64,000 nucleotides of DNA from Deltaproteobacteria bacterium (GCA_019310485.1 JAFDEF010000001.1:13289-77288), one strand, 5' to 3'. Positions 8,863 to 20,996 are shown, counted from the stretch's first letter. A program made the numbers and translations. Notes: generated by a model not told the origin, from the sequence alone.

Positions 8863-9933
8863 ATGGAGAGAGTAAAGATAAGAAGAAAAAAGACGCGGTG
8901 CATTTATGTAGGTAATATCCCTATCGGTGGTGGAGCACCTATTGCTGTTCAGTCTATGACAAACACCGACACTCGCGATGTGCGCTCAACAGTAAGACAG
9001 GTTCAGCAGTTATTCAAGGCAGGTTGTGAGATTGTTCGTATTGCCATACCTGATCAGGATGCTGCCCGAGCTTTCAATAAGATCAAAGCAGCCGTGGATC
9101 CTCCTTTGATAGCTGATATCCATTTTGACCACCGGCTTGCTATTGCGGCTCTCAAAGCAGGCGCAGATGGAATCCGAATCAATCCCGGCAACATTGGGAG
9201 CCGTAGGGCAATCGAAAAGATCATAGAGGAAGCCAGCGCAAGGGAGGTCCCCATCCGCCTTGGGATCAACGCGGGTTCCTTGCCCAGCAGGATCTTGAAA
9301 AAATACCGCCACCCCACGCCCAGTGCCATGCTGGAAACAGCTCTTGACTATATTCGCCTCTTTGAAAACTTGGGCTTTCGCCAAATGAAGATTTCTTTGA
9401 AATCATCAAATGTACTGGACACCATATCAGGTTACCAGATGCTCAGCAGGGAAGTGGACTACCCGTTGCATCTGGGGGTGACTGAAGCAGGAAGTCTTGT
9501 CTCGGGCACAGTCAAGAACGCTTTGGGTATAGGAACCCTGCTTTTGAAAGGTATCGGTGATACCATCAGGGTTTCCCTCTCAAGCAACCCTGTTGACGAA
9601 GTCAGGGCAGCATATGAAATCCTGCGGGCCCTTGATCTCAGACACCGGGGGCCCGAGATCATATCTTGTCCCACGTGCGGCAGATGTGAGATTGATCTCT
9701 TGCGGCTGGTCAAAAAAGTTGAAAAAGCGCTGGCCGGTATTGCTGCCTCTCCAAAGGTGGCTATAATGGGTTGCGTGGTAAATGGGCCTGGTGAGGCAAA
9801 GGAGGCGGATATCGGAATAGCGGGGGGAAGGGGGCAGGGAATTCTGTTTAAGAAAGGGCGCCTTGTCAAGAAGGTCCCAGAACAAGAACTGGCGGAAACG
9901 CTTGTTAAGGAGGTGCGAAAAATGGTTAATTAG
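8863..9933 (+). CDS. ispG: 4-hydroxy-3-methylbut-2-enyl diphosphate synthase (MEP pathway)
   Basis: 356 aa. Motifs VGNIPIGGGAPIAVQSMTNT and PLIADIHFDHRLA, with C-terminal FeS ligands in CPTCGRC and GCVVNGPGE. Confidence 0.9.
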   Translation: MERVKIRRKKTRCIYVGNIPIGGGAPIAVQSMTNTDTRDVRSTVRQVQQLFKAGCEIVRIAIPDQDAARAFNKIKAAVDPPLIADIHFDHRLAIAALKAGADGIRINPGNIGSRRAIEKIIEEASAREVPIRLGINAGSLPSRILKKYRHPTPSAMLETALDYIRLFENLGFRQMKISLKSSNVLDTISGYQMLSREVDYPLHLGVTEAGSLVSGTVKNALGIGTLLLKGIGDTIRVSLSSNPVDEVRAAYEILRALDLRHRGPEIISCPTCGRCEIDLLRLVKKVEKALAGIAASPKVAIMGCVVNGPGEAKEADIGIAGGRGQGILFKKGRLVKKVPEQELAETLVKEVRKMVN

Positions 9934-10139
9934 TCCGGACGGCTGCGTAAAAAGCCCATCTGCGTTGCCTCCGGCGAGATCAGGCGATACACTAAGTTTT
10001 GTCTTCAGTCAGTTAGACCTGCTTTTGTGTATGTCTTATTCTGAAAGCGCTGCGCCCGAAAAGTATTTTTGTTGCAGCCGCTGGTAGTTGGAAAAGAATA
10101 AAACCTGAGACCATAAAAAAGGAGAGTTCTAAACTTACT

Positions 10140-11867
10140 ATGCGTTATTCAAAGTATTTCATTCCCACTTACAAGGAAACACCTTCTGAAGCTGAGGTTA
10201 TTAGCCACAAGTTAATGCTGCGTGCAGGCATGATCAGAAAGCTCACTTCAGGCATATACACTTATCTTCCGCTTGGTCTGAGGTCTATAAGGAAAGTGGA
10301 AAATATTATTCGTGAAGAAATGGATCGATCCGGTGCCATAGAGGTTCTTATGCCTGCTGTTCAGCCTGCCGAGCTGTGGCAGGAGAGCGGCCGGTGGGAA
10401 GCATACGGCAGAGAACTCTTGCGCTTTAAAGATCGCCACAACCGGGAAGCCTGCTTTGGACCAACACACGAGGAGGTGATCACAGACCTCGTTCGAAAGG
10501 AAATTCACTCCTACAGGCAGATGCCCATAAACTTCTACCAGATTCAAACTAAATTCAGAGATGAAATCCGGCCCAGATTCGGGGTAATGCGATGCAGGGA
10601 ATTCATTATGAAAGATGCTTACAGCTTTGATGTGGATGAAGCTGCAGCAGACAAAAGCTATGACGTCATGCATCAAACATACAGCAATATTTTTCGCAGG
10701 TGCGGCCTCAAGTTCCGTGCCGTGGAAGCCGATACTGGAAGCATTGGCGGAAGCTTCTCCCACGAGTTCATGGTGCTTGCCGATACGGGTGAAGACGAGA
10801 TCGTCTTCTGCAAAAAGTGTTCATACGCGGCAAATCTTGAAAAGGCCGAAGTAAAACCTGTCGAGGACCCTGGAGCCTCATCCGCTGAAAAAGCCAAGCC
10901 CCTTGAAGAGGTTCCAACCCCGGATATAAAGACGATCGAAGAACTCACTGCTTTCTTGTCGGTTTCCGCCGATCAGATAGTTAAGACTTTGATATTCAGC
11001 TCTGACGGCAATGCTGTGGCTGCCCTGATCCGCGGAGACCATGAAGTGAATGAGACCAAGCTCAAGAACCTTCTAGGTGCGGAGCAACTGGAACTGGCGG
11101 GGCCCGAGCTGGTTGCCCACGTGACAGGTGCGCCGATAGGATTTGCCGGCCCTGTGGAATTGCGTGTAAAAATTATTGCAGATTATGCAATCAAAGGCAT
11201 GAAAAACATGATCACGGGTGCTAACAAACAAGACATGCACTTGAAAAACGTGAACATTGGAAGAGATTTCTCAGTAGACAAGTTCGCCGACCTGCGAATG
11301 ATTACCCCCGCGGATCCGTGCCCCCGATGCCGGGGGCCGCTCGATTTTAAAAGGGGCATCGAAGTCGGGCATGTTTTCAAACTAGGCACAAAATACAGTA
11401 AGGCCATGCATGCAGTTTACCTGGACGAGCACGGAGAGGAAAAACTCATTTTTATGGGGTGCTACGGAATTGGAGTGGGAAGGACAGTGGCCGCGGCCAT
11501 AGAACAAAACAACGACCGTGACGGGATCATTTTCCCCATAACTATAGCACCCTTTGAAGTTGTGATTCTTCCCTTGCAGATGCAGAACAGCAATGTGGGC
11601 CAGGTTTCAGAGGAGCTCTATCGCTCCTTGTCTGACAAGGGCGTTGATGTTCTCCTTGACGACAGGGATATCAGGGCAGGCATCAAGTTTAAGGATGCTG
11701 ACCTTCTCGGGACGCCAGTGCGGATTACAATTGGCGCAAGAACCCTTAAGGAGGCAAAGGTGGAGATGAAGCTTCGCTCCCAGACCCAGACCATATTTAT
11801 CCCGGTGAGTGAAGCTCCCGGATTCATAGCTGATAAAGTCAGAGAACTTCATGATTCGATTAAATGA
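10140..11867 (+). CDS. proS: Proline--tRNA ligase (bacterial type with editing insertion)
   Basis: 575 aa. Class II motif 2 [25 protein letters not shown] and motif 3 GCYGIGVGR. Confidence 0.95.
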   Translation: MRYSKYFIPTYKETPSEAEVISHKLMLRAGMIRKLTSGIYTYLPLGLRSIRKVENIIREEMDRSGAIEVLMPAVQPAELWQESGRWEAYGRELLRFKDRHNREACFGPTHEEVITDLVRKEIHSYRQMPINFYQIQTKFRDEIRPRFGVMRCREFIMKDAYSFDVDEAAADKSYDVMHQTYSNIFRRCGLKFRAVEADTGSIGGSFSHEFMVLADTGEDEIVFCKKCSYAANLEKAEVKPVEDPGASSAEKAKPLEEVPTPDIKTIEELTAFLSVSADQIVKTLIFSSDGNAVAALIRGDHEVNETKLKNLLGAEQLELAGPELVAHVTGAPIGFAGPVELRVKIIADYAIKGMKNMITGANKQDMHLKNVNIGRDFSVDKFADLRMITPADPCPRCRGPLDFKRGIEVGHVFKLGTKYSKAMHAVYLDEHGEEKLIFMGCYGIGVGRTVAAAIEQNNDRDGIIFPITIAPFEVVILPLQMQNSNVGQVSEELYRSLSDKGVDVLLDDRDIRAGIKFKDADLLGTPVRITIGARTLKEAKVEMKLRSQTQTIFIPVSEAPGFIADKVRELHDSIK

Positions 11868-13992
11868 CATAACCTCCAGCCTGCTGGGCTATCATCCTGA
11901 AGCGGATGTGAGCCTTGTCGAGAAAGCATACGTTTACTCGGCAAAGGTTCATCAGGGCCAGGTGCGGCTTTCCGGCGAACCATATCTTTCTCATCCCCTT
12001 GAAGTCGCCCATATTCTCACCCAGATGAAAATGGATGTGATCAGCGTGGTGGCAGGTCTTCTTCACGACACCATTGAGGATACCGGTGCAGAGCTATCCG
12101 AAATCGAAAGGCTCTTTGGCAAGGAAACCGCCAACATAGTTGATGGCGTGACAAAGATCAGCAAGATGAAATTCAGTGACAGCGAGGAACGACAGGCAGA
12201 AAATATGCGAAAAATGATCCTCGCTATGGCCACAGACATTCGGGTAATCATTGTTAAGCTCGCGGATAGGTTGCACAACATGCAGACGCTGGGGTTTCAG
12301 CCACCTGAGAAACAGCGCCTCATAGCCAAGGAAACTCTTGATATTTATGCGCCTCTGGCTGGAAGAATGGGTATATACTGGATGAAATCAACCCTTCAAG
12401 ATTTGTGCCTCTATTATTTGGAACCTGAAATCTACGCGAAAATAAAATCTGATCTTGCTGAAAGGAAAGGAGACAGGGAAAAGTTCATTGAAGAAGTTAA
12501 AGCATTGCTCTCGCAAAAATTGAAAGAGGCTAACATAAACGCAGCCATCAAGGGAAGGCATAAAAATCTTTACAGCATCTACACAAAGATGAAAGAGCAG
12601 AACCTGAGTCCCAACCAGGTTTACGACATTCTCGCCTTCAGAGTCATTGTCGATTCCCTGAAAGAATGCTACGAAGTGCTCGGCCTTATCCACTCCACGT
12701 GGAAGCCAATCCCCGGAAGATTCAAGGACTATGTATCCCTGCCCAAAGCGAACATGTACCAATCGCTTCACACCTCCGTTATTGGCCCTTTAGGGCAAAG
12801 GATGGAAATTCAGATCCGCACTTGGGAAATGGACAAGGTTGCAGAAGAAGGGATCGCTGCCCATTGGAAATATAAAGAGGGTCTGGTGGCGAGTAAAACG
12901 GACGAGAAGCAAATAAAGTGGCTTAGACAGCTCCTCGAGTGGCAGAAAAGCCTTCAAGATCCCAAGGAGTTCATGGAAACGGTCCGCATGGATCTATTTC
13001 CAGACGAAGTTTATGTGTTTACTCCAAAAGGAGAAGTCAAAGAATTCCCGAAAGGGGCTACTCCGGTGGACTTTGCCTACAGCATTCATTCCGAAGTAGG
13101 AAACAAGTGCATAGGCGCCAAGGTTAACGGGAGAATGGTTCCGCTCCGCTACGAGCTGAAAAACGGGGATACAGTGGAGATCATCACGTCAAATAAGCAC
13201 GAGCCCAGCAAAGACTGGCTCGAATTTGTAAAAACTCCCCGCGCCAGAACCAAGATAAGGCAATGGATCATGAAGCAGGAGCGTGCTCAAAGCATTGAAC
13301 TGGGAAAAGAGATTCTCGAAAAAAGCATTGAGCAAGCCCGTTTAAATCTCCCCAACATTTTGAAGAACGAACAAATCGCGGCTGTTGCCAGGGATCTTTC
13401 CTTTCACTCCACTGAAGACTTACTTGCAAATCTCGGCTTTGGAAAAGTATCGGCAAAACAGATAATTGCCAGGTTGAAACCCAGCCTCGGCATTGAAGAG
13501 CAGCCCCATCCGGGTATTGTAAGCAAGGTTGTCTCCCGTATTAAGAGGAAGAAAAGCACCCATGGAATCAAGGTAAAGGGGCTTGATAACATGCTGGTCC
13601 GGTTCGCCAATTGTTGCCATCCGTTACCCGGGGAACACGTTGTAGGATTCATAACGAGGGGCCGAGGTGTCACTATCCACAAATACAACTGCAGGCATAT
13701 CCTGGACGCTGAGCCTGACCGGGTTGTTGAAGTTGTATGGGAACCCTCGGATCACGACCTCTACCTCGCAAAGTTGAAGGTAGTTACCACGGACAAGAAA
13801 GGAATCCTTGCGGACATCAGCTCAATAATAGCCCAGAATAATGCCAACATCCTGCAGGCCCAAATCCAGACAACTATAGACAAAAAGGGGGTTTCCCTTT
13901 TCACTATTGAGGTGGAAAATTACAAGCAACTTCAGACTATTATGGGGGCAATAAAAAAAATTAAGAACGTCTTAATAGTGGAGAGAGCATAA
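11851..13992 (+). CDS. relA: Bifunctional (p)ppGpp synthetase/hydrolase (RelA/SpoT homologue)
   Basis: 713 aa. HD hydrolase domain (HPLEVAHIL...LLHDTIEDT), synthetase domain (YSIYTKM...DILAFRVIV...YQSLHT), then TGS and C-terminal ACT regions. The start overlaps proS by 17 nt. Confidence 0.9.
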   Translation: MIRLNDITSSLLGYHPEADVSLVEKAYVYSAKVHQGQVRLSGEPYLSHPLEVAHILTQMKMDVISVVAGLLHDTIEDTGAELSEIERLFGKETANIVDGVTKISKMKFSDSEERQAENMRKMILAMATDIRVIIVKLADRLHNMQTLGFQPPEKQRLIAKETLDIYAPLAGRMGIYWMKSTLQDLCLYYLEPEIYAKIKSDLAERKGDREKFIEEVKALLSQKLKEANINAAIKGRHKNLYSIYTKMKEQNLSPNQVYDILAFRVIVDSLKECYEVLGLIHSTWKPIPGRFKDYVSLPKANMYQSLHTSVIGPLGQRMEIQIRTWEMDKVAEEGIAAHWKYKEGLVASKTDEKQIKWLRQLLEWQKSLQDPKEFMETVRMDLFPDEVYVFTPKGEVKEFPKGATPVDFAYSIHSEVGNKCIGAKVNGRMVPLRYELKNGDTVEIITSNKHEPSKDWLEFVKTPRARTKIRQWIMKQERAQSIELGKEILEKSIEQARLNLPNILKNEQIAAVARDLSFHSTEDLLANLGFGKVSAKQIIARLKPSLGIEEQPHPGIVSKVVSRIKRKKSTHGIKVKGLDNMLVRFANCCHPLPGEHVVGFITRGRGVTIHKYNCRHILDAEPDRVVEVVWEPSDHDLYLAKLKVVTTDKKGILADISSIIAQNNANILQAQIQTTIDKKGVSLFTIEVENYKQLQTIMGAIKKIKNVLIVERA

Positions 13993-14181
13993 TCAGGGTT
14001 TGGCGACCAACCCTGACTTGATGCAGCTTGTGCAGGCTCTAATCCTTATTGTTCGACCGTTTCTAACAGTTCTAACTCTCTGAAGATTTGGATACCAGCG
14101 CCTCTTCGTCTTATTATGGGCATGGCTGACGTTATAGCCTGTAACAGGCTTTTTTCCACATATTTCGCAAACCTTGGACAT
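13993..14181 (-). CDS. rpmB: 50S ribosomal protein L28
   Basis: 62 aa, [34 protein letters not shown]. Confidence 0.9.
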   Translation of the reverse strand: MSKVCEICGKKPVTGYNVSHAHNKTKRRWYPNLQRVRTVRNGRTIRIRACTSCIKSGLVAKP

Positions 14182-14251
14182 GGCTAACTCCTTGTTGAAA
14201 ACCTAAAGTTTTTTTTAACAAAGAATTCAAAGGAAGACAACTACTTTTTCA

Positions 14252-15712
14252 ATGAACACGCAAAATAAGCCTTCCAGCGCTTCTCCCGATTTATCCCCGG
14301 CGCTGAACACTGTGCCTGACCGACTTCGCCACATACATCTCATGGGAATATGTGGCACAGGCATGGCCTCTCTTGCAGGAATGCTGAAACAAGAAGGGTA
14401 CCTTGTCACCGGTTCTGATCAAAATGTTTACCCTCCTATGAGCGAATTCCTCGCGCGCCTCTCAATCCCTGTTGCACAAGGCTACAGCGCGAAGAACCTC
14501 AGCCCAGTACCTGACCTCGTGGTTGTCGGAAACGTAATCACGAGGAAAAACCCTGAAGCCCAGGAATTGGCCCGCCTGGGAATACCCTACATCTCTTTTC
14601 CACAGGCCCTTCGCTGCTTTGCCATGAAAGGAAAGAAATCCATAGTTATTGCCGGCACCCATGGCAAAACCACGACTTCTGCTCTCGTGTGCTGGATTCT
14701 CGAAAAGGCAGGATTGGATCCGAGCTTCATGGTTGGTGGAATCCCGAATAATTTCCAGGCAGGGTTCAAACTTGGAAAGGGGCCTTACTTCGTGGTGGAA
14801 GGCGACGAATATGATACGGCATTTTTTGATAAGGGTCCAAAATTCTTGCACTATTCTCCATGGGTCGTTATTCTGACGGGCATTGAATTTGACCACGCTG
14901 ATATTTACCCCGACCTCCAGAGCGTTAGAGAAAGCTTTCGAAAATTCCTGCGCCTTATTCAACCCAGCGGCCTTCTCATTGCCAACCGGGACAACCCTGT
15001 GGCTATGGAGGAGGTGAGTGTAGCAAAATGCCCGGTAGTTACCTATGGCTTGAGCGATGGAGCAAATTATCGGCCACACAATGTGCGTGTTGGTGAAAAA
15101 TTTACGCACCTGGAGGTGACCAAAGGCGAAAACCAGTTAATCAAGGTTACAACCCCGCTTTTCGGCTCCCACAATATTTCCAACCTGGTTTCTGCGGTTT
15201 CACTGGCAGAATTCCTGAAAATTCAAGCAGATTCCCTAAAAGACGCACTGAGAACCTTTCAAGGCGTAAGGAGAAGACAGGAAATTAGAGGGGAAAAACG
15301 GGGAATACTCGTTATTGATGACTTTGCCCATCACCCTACTGCGGTCAAGGAAACAGTACGTGCTTTAAGAGATAAATACCCCGACAGGCGCCTCATAGCA
15401 ATTTTCGAGCCTAGATCAAATTCAAGCCGTCGCAACACTTTCCAGAGCAAATATGCGCTCTCATTCGATGATGCAGACCTGATTATGATCCCTGAGCCCC
15501 AAATGATGGACAAAATTCCTGCCCATGAAAGGTTTTCCTCGCAAGCGCTTGTCAGGGACCTTAGAGCCCGCAATCTGGAGGCTCTGTACTTTCCAAACAC
15601 CGACGTTTTGCTGGATGCGATTTTGCAAAAATCTCGGCCAGGTGATTTATTGCTTTTTATGTCAAACGGCGCATTTGATAATCTTCCAAGCCGTGTGCTC
15701 ACTAAGCTATGA
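14252..15712 (+). CDS. mpl: UDP-N-acetylmuramate:L-alanyl-gamma-D-glutamyl-meso-DAP ligase (murein peptide ligase)
   Basis: 486 aa. Motifs HLMGICGTGMASLAGML and GSDQNVYPPMSEFL, plus the Mur-ligase P-loop IAGTHGKTTTSAL. The true start may lie downstream of 14252. Confidence 0.85.
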   Translation: MNTQNKPSSASPDLSPALNTVPDRLRHIHLMGICGTGMASLAGMLKQEGYLVTGSDQNVYPPMSEFLARLSIPVAQGYSAKNLSPVPDLVVVGNVITRKNPEAQELARLGIPYISFPQALRCFAMKGKKSIVIAGTHGKTTTSALVCWILEKAGLDPSFMVGGIPNNFQAGFKLGKGPYFVVEGDEYDTAFFDKGPKFLHYSPWVVILTGIEFDHADIYPDLQSVRESFRKFLRLIQPSGLLIANRDNPVAMEEVSVAKCPVVTYGLSDGANYRPHNVRVGEKFTHLEVTKGENQLIKVTTPLFGSHNISNLVSAVSLAEFLKIQADSLKDALRTFQGVRRRQEIRGEKRGILVIDDFAHHPTAVKETVRALRDKYPDRRLIAIFEPRSNSSRRNTFQSKYALSFDDADLIMIPEPQMMDKIPAHERFSSQALVRDLRARNLEALYFPNTDVLLDAILQKSRPGDLLLFMSNGAFDNLPSRVLTKL

Positions 15713-15868
15713 CAAACTGAGTCCGGTGCACTGTGAAACCTTAACAGAGAGCATGGGGAGGTGCAGGCCTTGCACAGAGGAATTTCGCACTATTTTTTTG
15801 ACTGAAAAGGATATCTCTGATATGAAGCCTTCAGGTGGTGCCTTTTCACAGCAGAAAGGAGGAAAGCC

Positions 15869-16372
15869 ATGAGTTCTGATTCGCCTTTAAAAGGAAAATC
15901 TGTCCTGGTTGTTGATGATGAGCCTGATGTGCTCGACACGATTGCCGAAGAACTGGATATGTGCCAGGTGGACAAAGCCCAGGACTATGACACGGCCCTT
16001 CAGTACCTTGCAAGCTACACTTATGATATCGTTATCCTGGATATTATGGGGGTAAACGGGTTCGATCTCCTGCAAAATGCCGTTGACAGAGGATATCCAA
16101 CCGTAATGCTCACCGCCCATGCGCTAACACCTGATGCCCTTAAGAAAGCCATAAAGCTTGGGGCAGTATCATTCCTACCCAAAGACAAGATGACTGAACT
16201 CAGATCATTCCTTGAAGACGTAGTTCTGGGGGGCGGAAAGCCGGTGTGGAAAAAACTTTTTGACAAATTGGGCGCATATTTTAACAAACGCTTTGGCCCA
16301 GACTGGGCTGAAAAGGACAAGTTCTTCAAAGAATTTAAGGAAGAACTGCTAAAAGCCGAAGCCAAATCCTGA
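15869..16372 (+). CDS. Stand-alone response regulator receiver protein
   Basis: 167 aa. VLVVDDEPDV, acceptor Asp in DIVILDIMG, and TAHA...KLGAVSFLPK. A C-terminal tail of about 45 aa has no recognisable output domain. Confidence 0.8.
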   Translation: MSSDSPLKGKSVLVVDDEPDVLDTIAEELDMCQVDKAQDYDTALQYLASYTYDIVILDIMGVNGFDLLQNAVDRGYPTVMLTAHALTPDALKKAIKLGAVSFLPKDKMTELRSFLEDVVLGGGKPVWKKLFDKLGAYFNKRFGPDWAEKDKFFKEFKEELLKAEAKS

Positions 16373-16723
16373 CTAAGTGGCAATTGAGTTGGATCGTGTT
16401 GCCAGGTTATTGCATTGGAGACGCCTTATAGCTTTAGCAGTGATGAAAGCGAATTTGGCTCTTTCTTAGAGCAGTTTTGCCATGAACCTCAACCCTAATG
16501 CCTCACGTCCTGACATCAACCCTCAATGCCTCCTTTTATCCAATCGCTCCGGTAATCAGGAAGTTTGCAAAACGAGGCGATTATTGCGGAAGGGCAAATT
16601 TGTCATAATGACTTGATCATTTTCCTACTTGTTGAGAATATATTGGTAGCTGAGGTTTTGGTAGCTTTGTCCCTGTACGAGATTAATCTGACGCCCAACA
16701 TGGAAATGGAGAAATAGAACACA

Positions 16724-17371
16724 ATGACCCACGACCATCGCCTCGCCAGGGAAAGAATGGTCAAGAACCAGCTCATTCCTAGGGGAATAACGGATGAGCG
16801 GGTACTAAAGGCCATGGGCAAAATTCAGAGGCACCTTTTCGTGGATGAAGCCCTGGCAGGCGAAGCTTACAATGATCATCCTCTTCCGATCGGGCATAAG
16901 CAGACCATTTCTCAACCCTACATTGTGGCTCTCATGACTCAGGCACTTGAGCTCACGGGAGAGGAAAAGACTCTTGAGATCGGAACTGGCAGCGGGTATC
17001 AAACTGCTATTCTGGCGGAACTTTCAAAGATGGTTTATACGATTGAAAGAATCCGGCCGCTGCTGATAAAGGCCAAAGAACTTCTTGAACGCCTGAACTA
17101 TAAAAATATAAAGTTCAAGGCGTTTGACGGAACGCTTGGTTGGAAAGAGCATGCGCCCTATGATGCGATCATGGTAACTGCCGGGGCGCCAAGACTCCCA
17201 AAACCGTTACTGGAACAAATGGCAGACGGCGGAAGAATGGTGATTCCTATAGGCAATAAATACAGCCAGGATCTTATTAAGGTGACAAGGATAAAAGATA
17301 GCTACAAACAAGAAAACCTGGGCGGATGCCGTTTTGTTGATCTTATTGGCGTTCACGGATGGAAGGATTGA
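16724..17371 (+). CDS. pcm: Protein-L-isoaspartate O-methyltransferase
   Basis: 215 aa. Motif TISQPYIVALM and the SAM-binding site LEIGTGSGYQTA. Confidence 0.9.
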   Translation: MTHDHRLARERMVKNQLIPRGITDERVLKAMGKIQRHLFVDEALAGEAYNDHPLPIGHKQTISQPYIVALMTQALELTGEEKTLEIGTGSGYQTAILAELSKMVYTIERIRPLLIKAKELLERLNYKNIKFKAFDGTLGWKEHAPYDAIMVTAGAPRLPKPLLEQMADGGRMVIPIGNKYSQDLIKVTRIKDSYKQENLGGCRFVDLIGVHGWKD

Positions 17372-17438
17372 GGTGCGGAGCAGCCTTAAGAATATTTCTA
17401 AAGCAAGCCAGGTTTGTTTCCACTACTAATCGAAACAC

Positions 17439-19565
17439 ATGGTTCGAAAAAAAGAACCCTATCTGAAACAATTCCAGACGCTTACCCTGCCTGTCTCACG
17501 TATAAAAGGAATCGGCCCAAAAAGAGCTCTGCTCCTCCAGGACAGGGATATTTACACATTATTGGATCTGCTGTTTTTCCTGCCCATACGTTATGAAGAT
17601 AGAACCAGCATATGCCCTATCCGGGACGCTGAGCCAGGGAAGACTCTTTTGGTCAAGGGCACGATCGTTGGCTCCAGAGAGCAGTGGACTCCATTTTCAG
17701 GCAAGCGCCTGTTCAAGATTGTTATCCATGATGGGAGCGGCTCACTTGAGCTTGTATGGTTCAATTACAGGAAACCCCACCTCTCCAGTTTGGGCTCTAG
17801 CAGGGAGGATATCCTGGCATTTGGAAAAATAACGGCAGGGAGGCGCTGCTGGCAAATGGTACATCCAGATATCACTGTACTCAATACCAAATCCCGGTCA
17901 AGCGATCAAGACATTCTTTGTTTTAGACCGGTGTATCCCAGCATCAGAGGTATTGCACCCAAGCTTCTTCGCTCTTTTATCCGAACTGCGTTCAAGTACC
18001 AAAAGGACTCACTGCTGGATCCTGTTCCTGAGAGAATCATTCGCGATATCCATCTCCCTCCTTTACGCACAGCACTTGAAAAAATTCATTTTCCTCCCGC
18101 AGATTCAAGCATTGATGATTTGAACACCTTCAGCACTTCTTATCACAAGAGGCTCATTTTTGATCGGTTTTTCCTGGTAATGCTCCTTATTGCTTATCGC
18201 AAGAAAATGCGGGAAAAAACTCCATCCCATCCCCTGTCCATACCGTCTGATCTCGCTTTAAAACTACGCAAAATTTTTCCATTTGATCTTACCGCTGATC
18301 AAATAAACGCTATTGACGACATCGTCAATGATTTCACAAGTCCCAAACCGATGAACCGATTGCTCATGGGAGATGTGGGTTGTGGAAAAACTGCCGTGGC
18401 CGCAGTGGCAGCTTACATCTCCGTGTTGAATAACGAACAGGTCGCCCTCATGGCCCCAACCCAGATCCTGGCATCCCAGCACTTCGACTACTTCTCGTCT
18501 GTTTCCCAAGGAATGGGTTTCAGGCCTGTGCTATTGACTGGATCCCTCAAGAAATCAGAAAAGCTGCAGATCTACGAAAAAATACGGAGCGGTTACTATA
18601 ATCTGGTCATCGGCACCCAGTCCTTGATACAAGAGGAGCTTGTTTTTTCCAGTCTCGGCCTTGTCATTATAGACGAACAGCACAGGTTTGGAGTCAAGGA
18701 TCGTGCTCTCATTGATCGCAAGGGGAAAAACCCCAATTTGCTTGTACTCACAGCCACTCCTATTCCCAGAACCCTTGCAGTTACCACTTATGGAGACATG
18801 GATATCTCGATGATAAGAACCTTTCCTGAAGGACATTTACCTGTGAGTACACATCTTGTGAGGGAAGACCAGAAAAGAGAGCTCTTTAATGAACTTACCC
18901 GCACCCTGTCACGTGGCCAACAGGCTTTTGTTATTTGCCCTGCCATTGAAGGCTCAGAGGACGCTGGCATAAAAGACGTGCTCAACATGGCTAAAAGCCT
19001 AAAGAAACTTCTATGTCCTCGTTTCAAAGTTGGCCTTGTCCACGGACGCCTTCCAGGCGAGCAAAGAGAAACAGCCATGGATAATTTTCGAAAAGGCCGC
19101 ACAGATGTCCTGGTGTCAACAACAGTGATTGAGGTGGGGGTGCATGTTCCAAAGGCCACCATCATGATCATAGAACATCCTGAGCGTTTTGGGCTGGCCC
19201 AGCTCCACCAGTTGCGAGGCAGAGTCGGCCGGAGCGGAGAAAAAGGCGCCTGTTTTCTTGTTATCTCCAAAAACATATCCCCAAAAGCACTTTCCAGGCT
19301 GGAGGTTTTCGCCCAAACTCTCGATGGTTTCGAGATTGCGCAAAAGGATCTCGAACAGCGCGGCCACGGCGAAGTCGCAGGCATGAAACAGACCGGTATC
19401 GGTGACCTGGATCCTGCAGAAATAATAAGGGAAAATGAGCTTTTCTTAATGGCAAAGGAGCAGGCAGAGCGAATAATCACTGCTGATCCCGATCTTACGA
19501 GCCCTGAAAATAGCTTGCTCAGATCGATCGTTGACTCTTTGCTCTCCAGGCCGATCGATTTGTGA
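17439..19565 (+). CDS. recG: ATP-dependent DNA helicase RecG
   Basis: 708 aa. Helicase motif I GDVGCGKT, motif II IIDEQHRFG, motif VI QLRGRVGRS, plus an N-terminal wedge/OB region. Confidence 0.9.
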   Translation: MVRKKEPYLKQFQTLTLPVSRIKGIGPKRALLLQDRDIYTLLDLLFFLPIRYEDRTSICPIRDAEPGKTLLVKGTIVGSREQWTPFSGKRLFKIVIHDGSGSLELVWFNYRKPHLSSLGSSREDILAFGKITAGRRCWQMVHPDITVLNTKSRSSDQDILCFRPVYPSIRGIAPKLLRSFIRTAFKYQKDSLLDPVPERIIRDIHLPPLRTALEKIHFPPADSSIDDLNTFSTSYHKRLIFDRFFLVMLLIAYRKKMREKTPSHPLSIPSDLALKLRKIFPFDLTADQINAIDDIVNDFTSPKPMNRLLMGDVGCGKTAVAAVAAYISVLNNEQVALMAPTQILASQHFDYFSSVSQGMGFRPVLLTGSLKKSEKLQIYEKIRSGYYNLVIGTQSLIQEELVFSSLGLVIIDEQHRFGVKDRALIDRKGKNPNLLVLTATPIPRTLAVTTYGDMDISMIRTFPEGHLPVSTHLVREDQKRELFNELTRTLSRGQQAFVICPAIEGSEDAGIKDVLNMAKSLKKLLCPRFKVGLVHGRLPGEQRETAMDNFRKGRTDVLVSTTVIEVGVHVPKATIMIIEHPERFGLAQLHQLRGRVGRSGEKGACFLVISKNISPKALSRLEVFAQTLDGFEIAQKDLEQRGHGEVAGMKQTGIGDLDPAEIIRENELFLMAKEQAERIITADPDLTSPENSLLRSIVDSLLSRPIDL

Positions 19566-19645
19566 GCACGGGATTCATACGAGAGGGGGCCTGGCCGTAT
19601 TGCAGCATTTGACGAACAATTCCATTTGGTGTAGAAAATTAACTA

Positions 19646-19734
19646 CCCCGCCGCAAGCGGACGGGGTATCAATCGGAAATTTTCTTAACGCCCCAAGGGG
19701 CGGGGAATCAAACCCTCGTCCGCCTCTGGCGGAT
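19646..19734 (+). repeat. REP-like structured intergenic repeat, copy B
   Basis: ccccgccgcaagcggacggggtatcaatcggaaat...cgccccaaggggcggggaatcaaaccc...ccgcctctggcgg. It matches copy A at 2517-2625. Track ORF 19531..19782 is its translation. Confidence 0.8.
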
Positions 19735-19827
19735 CAAAATTCATCTTGTCAACTTGTCGGCTTGCTCCCAGAATTTCAATAAAGGGGAGCTGGCAGATTA
19801 GATCCTTTTTGGGGAGAAACGGTTGCC

Positions 19828-20994
19828 ATGGAACATTTTAGAAGAATGGAACGACTGCCGCCTTATCTCTTTAAGGTGGTTGATCAACTAAAAATGGATT
19901 TGAGGCGAAAGGGTGAAGATATTATTGATCTTGGCATGGGAAACCCTGACATGGCAACGCCCAGGCATATTGTGGATAAGCTGGTTGAGGCAGCACAAAA
20001 ACCGCACAATCACAGGTACTCTGCTTCAGCCGGGATTAAGAAGCTGCGATATGCAATCGCTGATTGGTACGCAAGGCGCTGGGATGTTGAGATAGATCCC
20101 GATGAGGAGGCGATTGCTACCATAGGTGCCAAGGAGGGCCTTGCTCACCTTGTGCTTGCCACTGTGAGCCCTGGAGATGTGGTATTTGCACCAAATCCAA
20201 CCTATCCCATCCATCCCTATTCCGTGATCATTGCAGGGGGAGATCTCAGAAGCATACCGATCGGGCCTGAGAGGGACTTCTTCGAAGACCTGCTCACAGC
20301 CACAAAACAGACATGGCCCCGGCCCAAAATGCTGATTATCTCGTTTCCTCACAATCCCACCACCACAGTGGTGGATCGGCCTTTTTTGGAGAAGATCGTT
20401 AGCTTTTGCCGCGATCACGATATACTTGTGCTTCACGATTTTGCATACGCCGATATTGTATTTGATGGCTATGTGCCTCCCAGTTTTCTACAGGTACCGG
20501 GAGCCAAGGATATTGGAGTGGAGTTTTTCAGCCTGTCGAAGAGCTATTCAATGCCCGGGTGGAGAGTCGGGTTTTGCGTGGGAAATCGGAACCTTATCTC
20601 CGCACTCAGGAGAATAAAAAGTTACCTTGATTACGGGATGTTTCAACCCATCCAGATTGCTTCAATCATTGCTCTTAACGGGCCATACGAGTGTGTACAG
20701 CAGATCGTGCGAACATACAAGGAAAGGCGTGACATGCTGGTCAGCGGTTTGAACAGGATAGGATGGAGCGTTGAAAAACCAAAAGGGACCATGTTTGTAT
20801 GGGCAAGAATTCCTGAGAAATTCAGACAAATGGGTTCCATAGAGTTTTCAAAGATGCTCATTCAAAAGGCAAAGGTTGCTGTGTCTCCTGGGATTGGGTT
20901 CGGGCACTACGGTGACGACCACGTGCGTTTTGCCCTTGTAGAAAACTCTCACAGAATCAAGCAGGCTATACGGGGGATCCGACAGGTGCTATAA
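19828..20994 (+). CDS. alaC: PLP-dependent aminotransferase, AlaC-like (glutamate-pyruvate type)
   Basis: 388 aa. The N-terminus [43 protein letters not shown] closely parallels E. coli AlaC as I remember it. PLP-Lys context [14 protein letters not shown]. Confidence 0.75.
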   Translation: MEHFRRMERLPPYLFKVVDQLKMDLRRKGEDIIDLGMGNPDMATPRHIVDKLVEAAQKPHNHRYSASAGIKKLRYAIADWYARRWDVEIDPDEEAIATIGAKEGLAHLVLATVSPGDVVFAPNPTYPIHPYSVIIAGGDLRSIPIGPERDFFEDLLTATKQTWPRPKMLIISFPHNPTTTVVDRPFLEKIVSFCRDHDILVLHDFAYADIVFDGYVPPSFLQVPGAKDIGVEFFSLSKSYSMPGWRVGFCVGNRNLISALRRIKSYLDYGMFQPIQIASIIALNGPYECVQQIVRTYKERRDMLVSGLNRIGWSVEKPKGTMFVWARIPEKFRQMGSIEFSKMLIQKAKVAVSPGIGFGHYGDDHVRFALVENSHRIKQAIRGIRQVL

Positions 20995-20996
20995 TT

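Noticed and set aside
16488-16534. Imperfect direct repeat ctcaaccctaatgcctc / atcaaccctcaatgcctcc in the response-regulator/pcm spacer.
   Set aside because: There are only two short copies with an indel. No associated structure or binding-site context could be supported.
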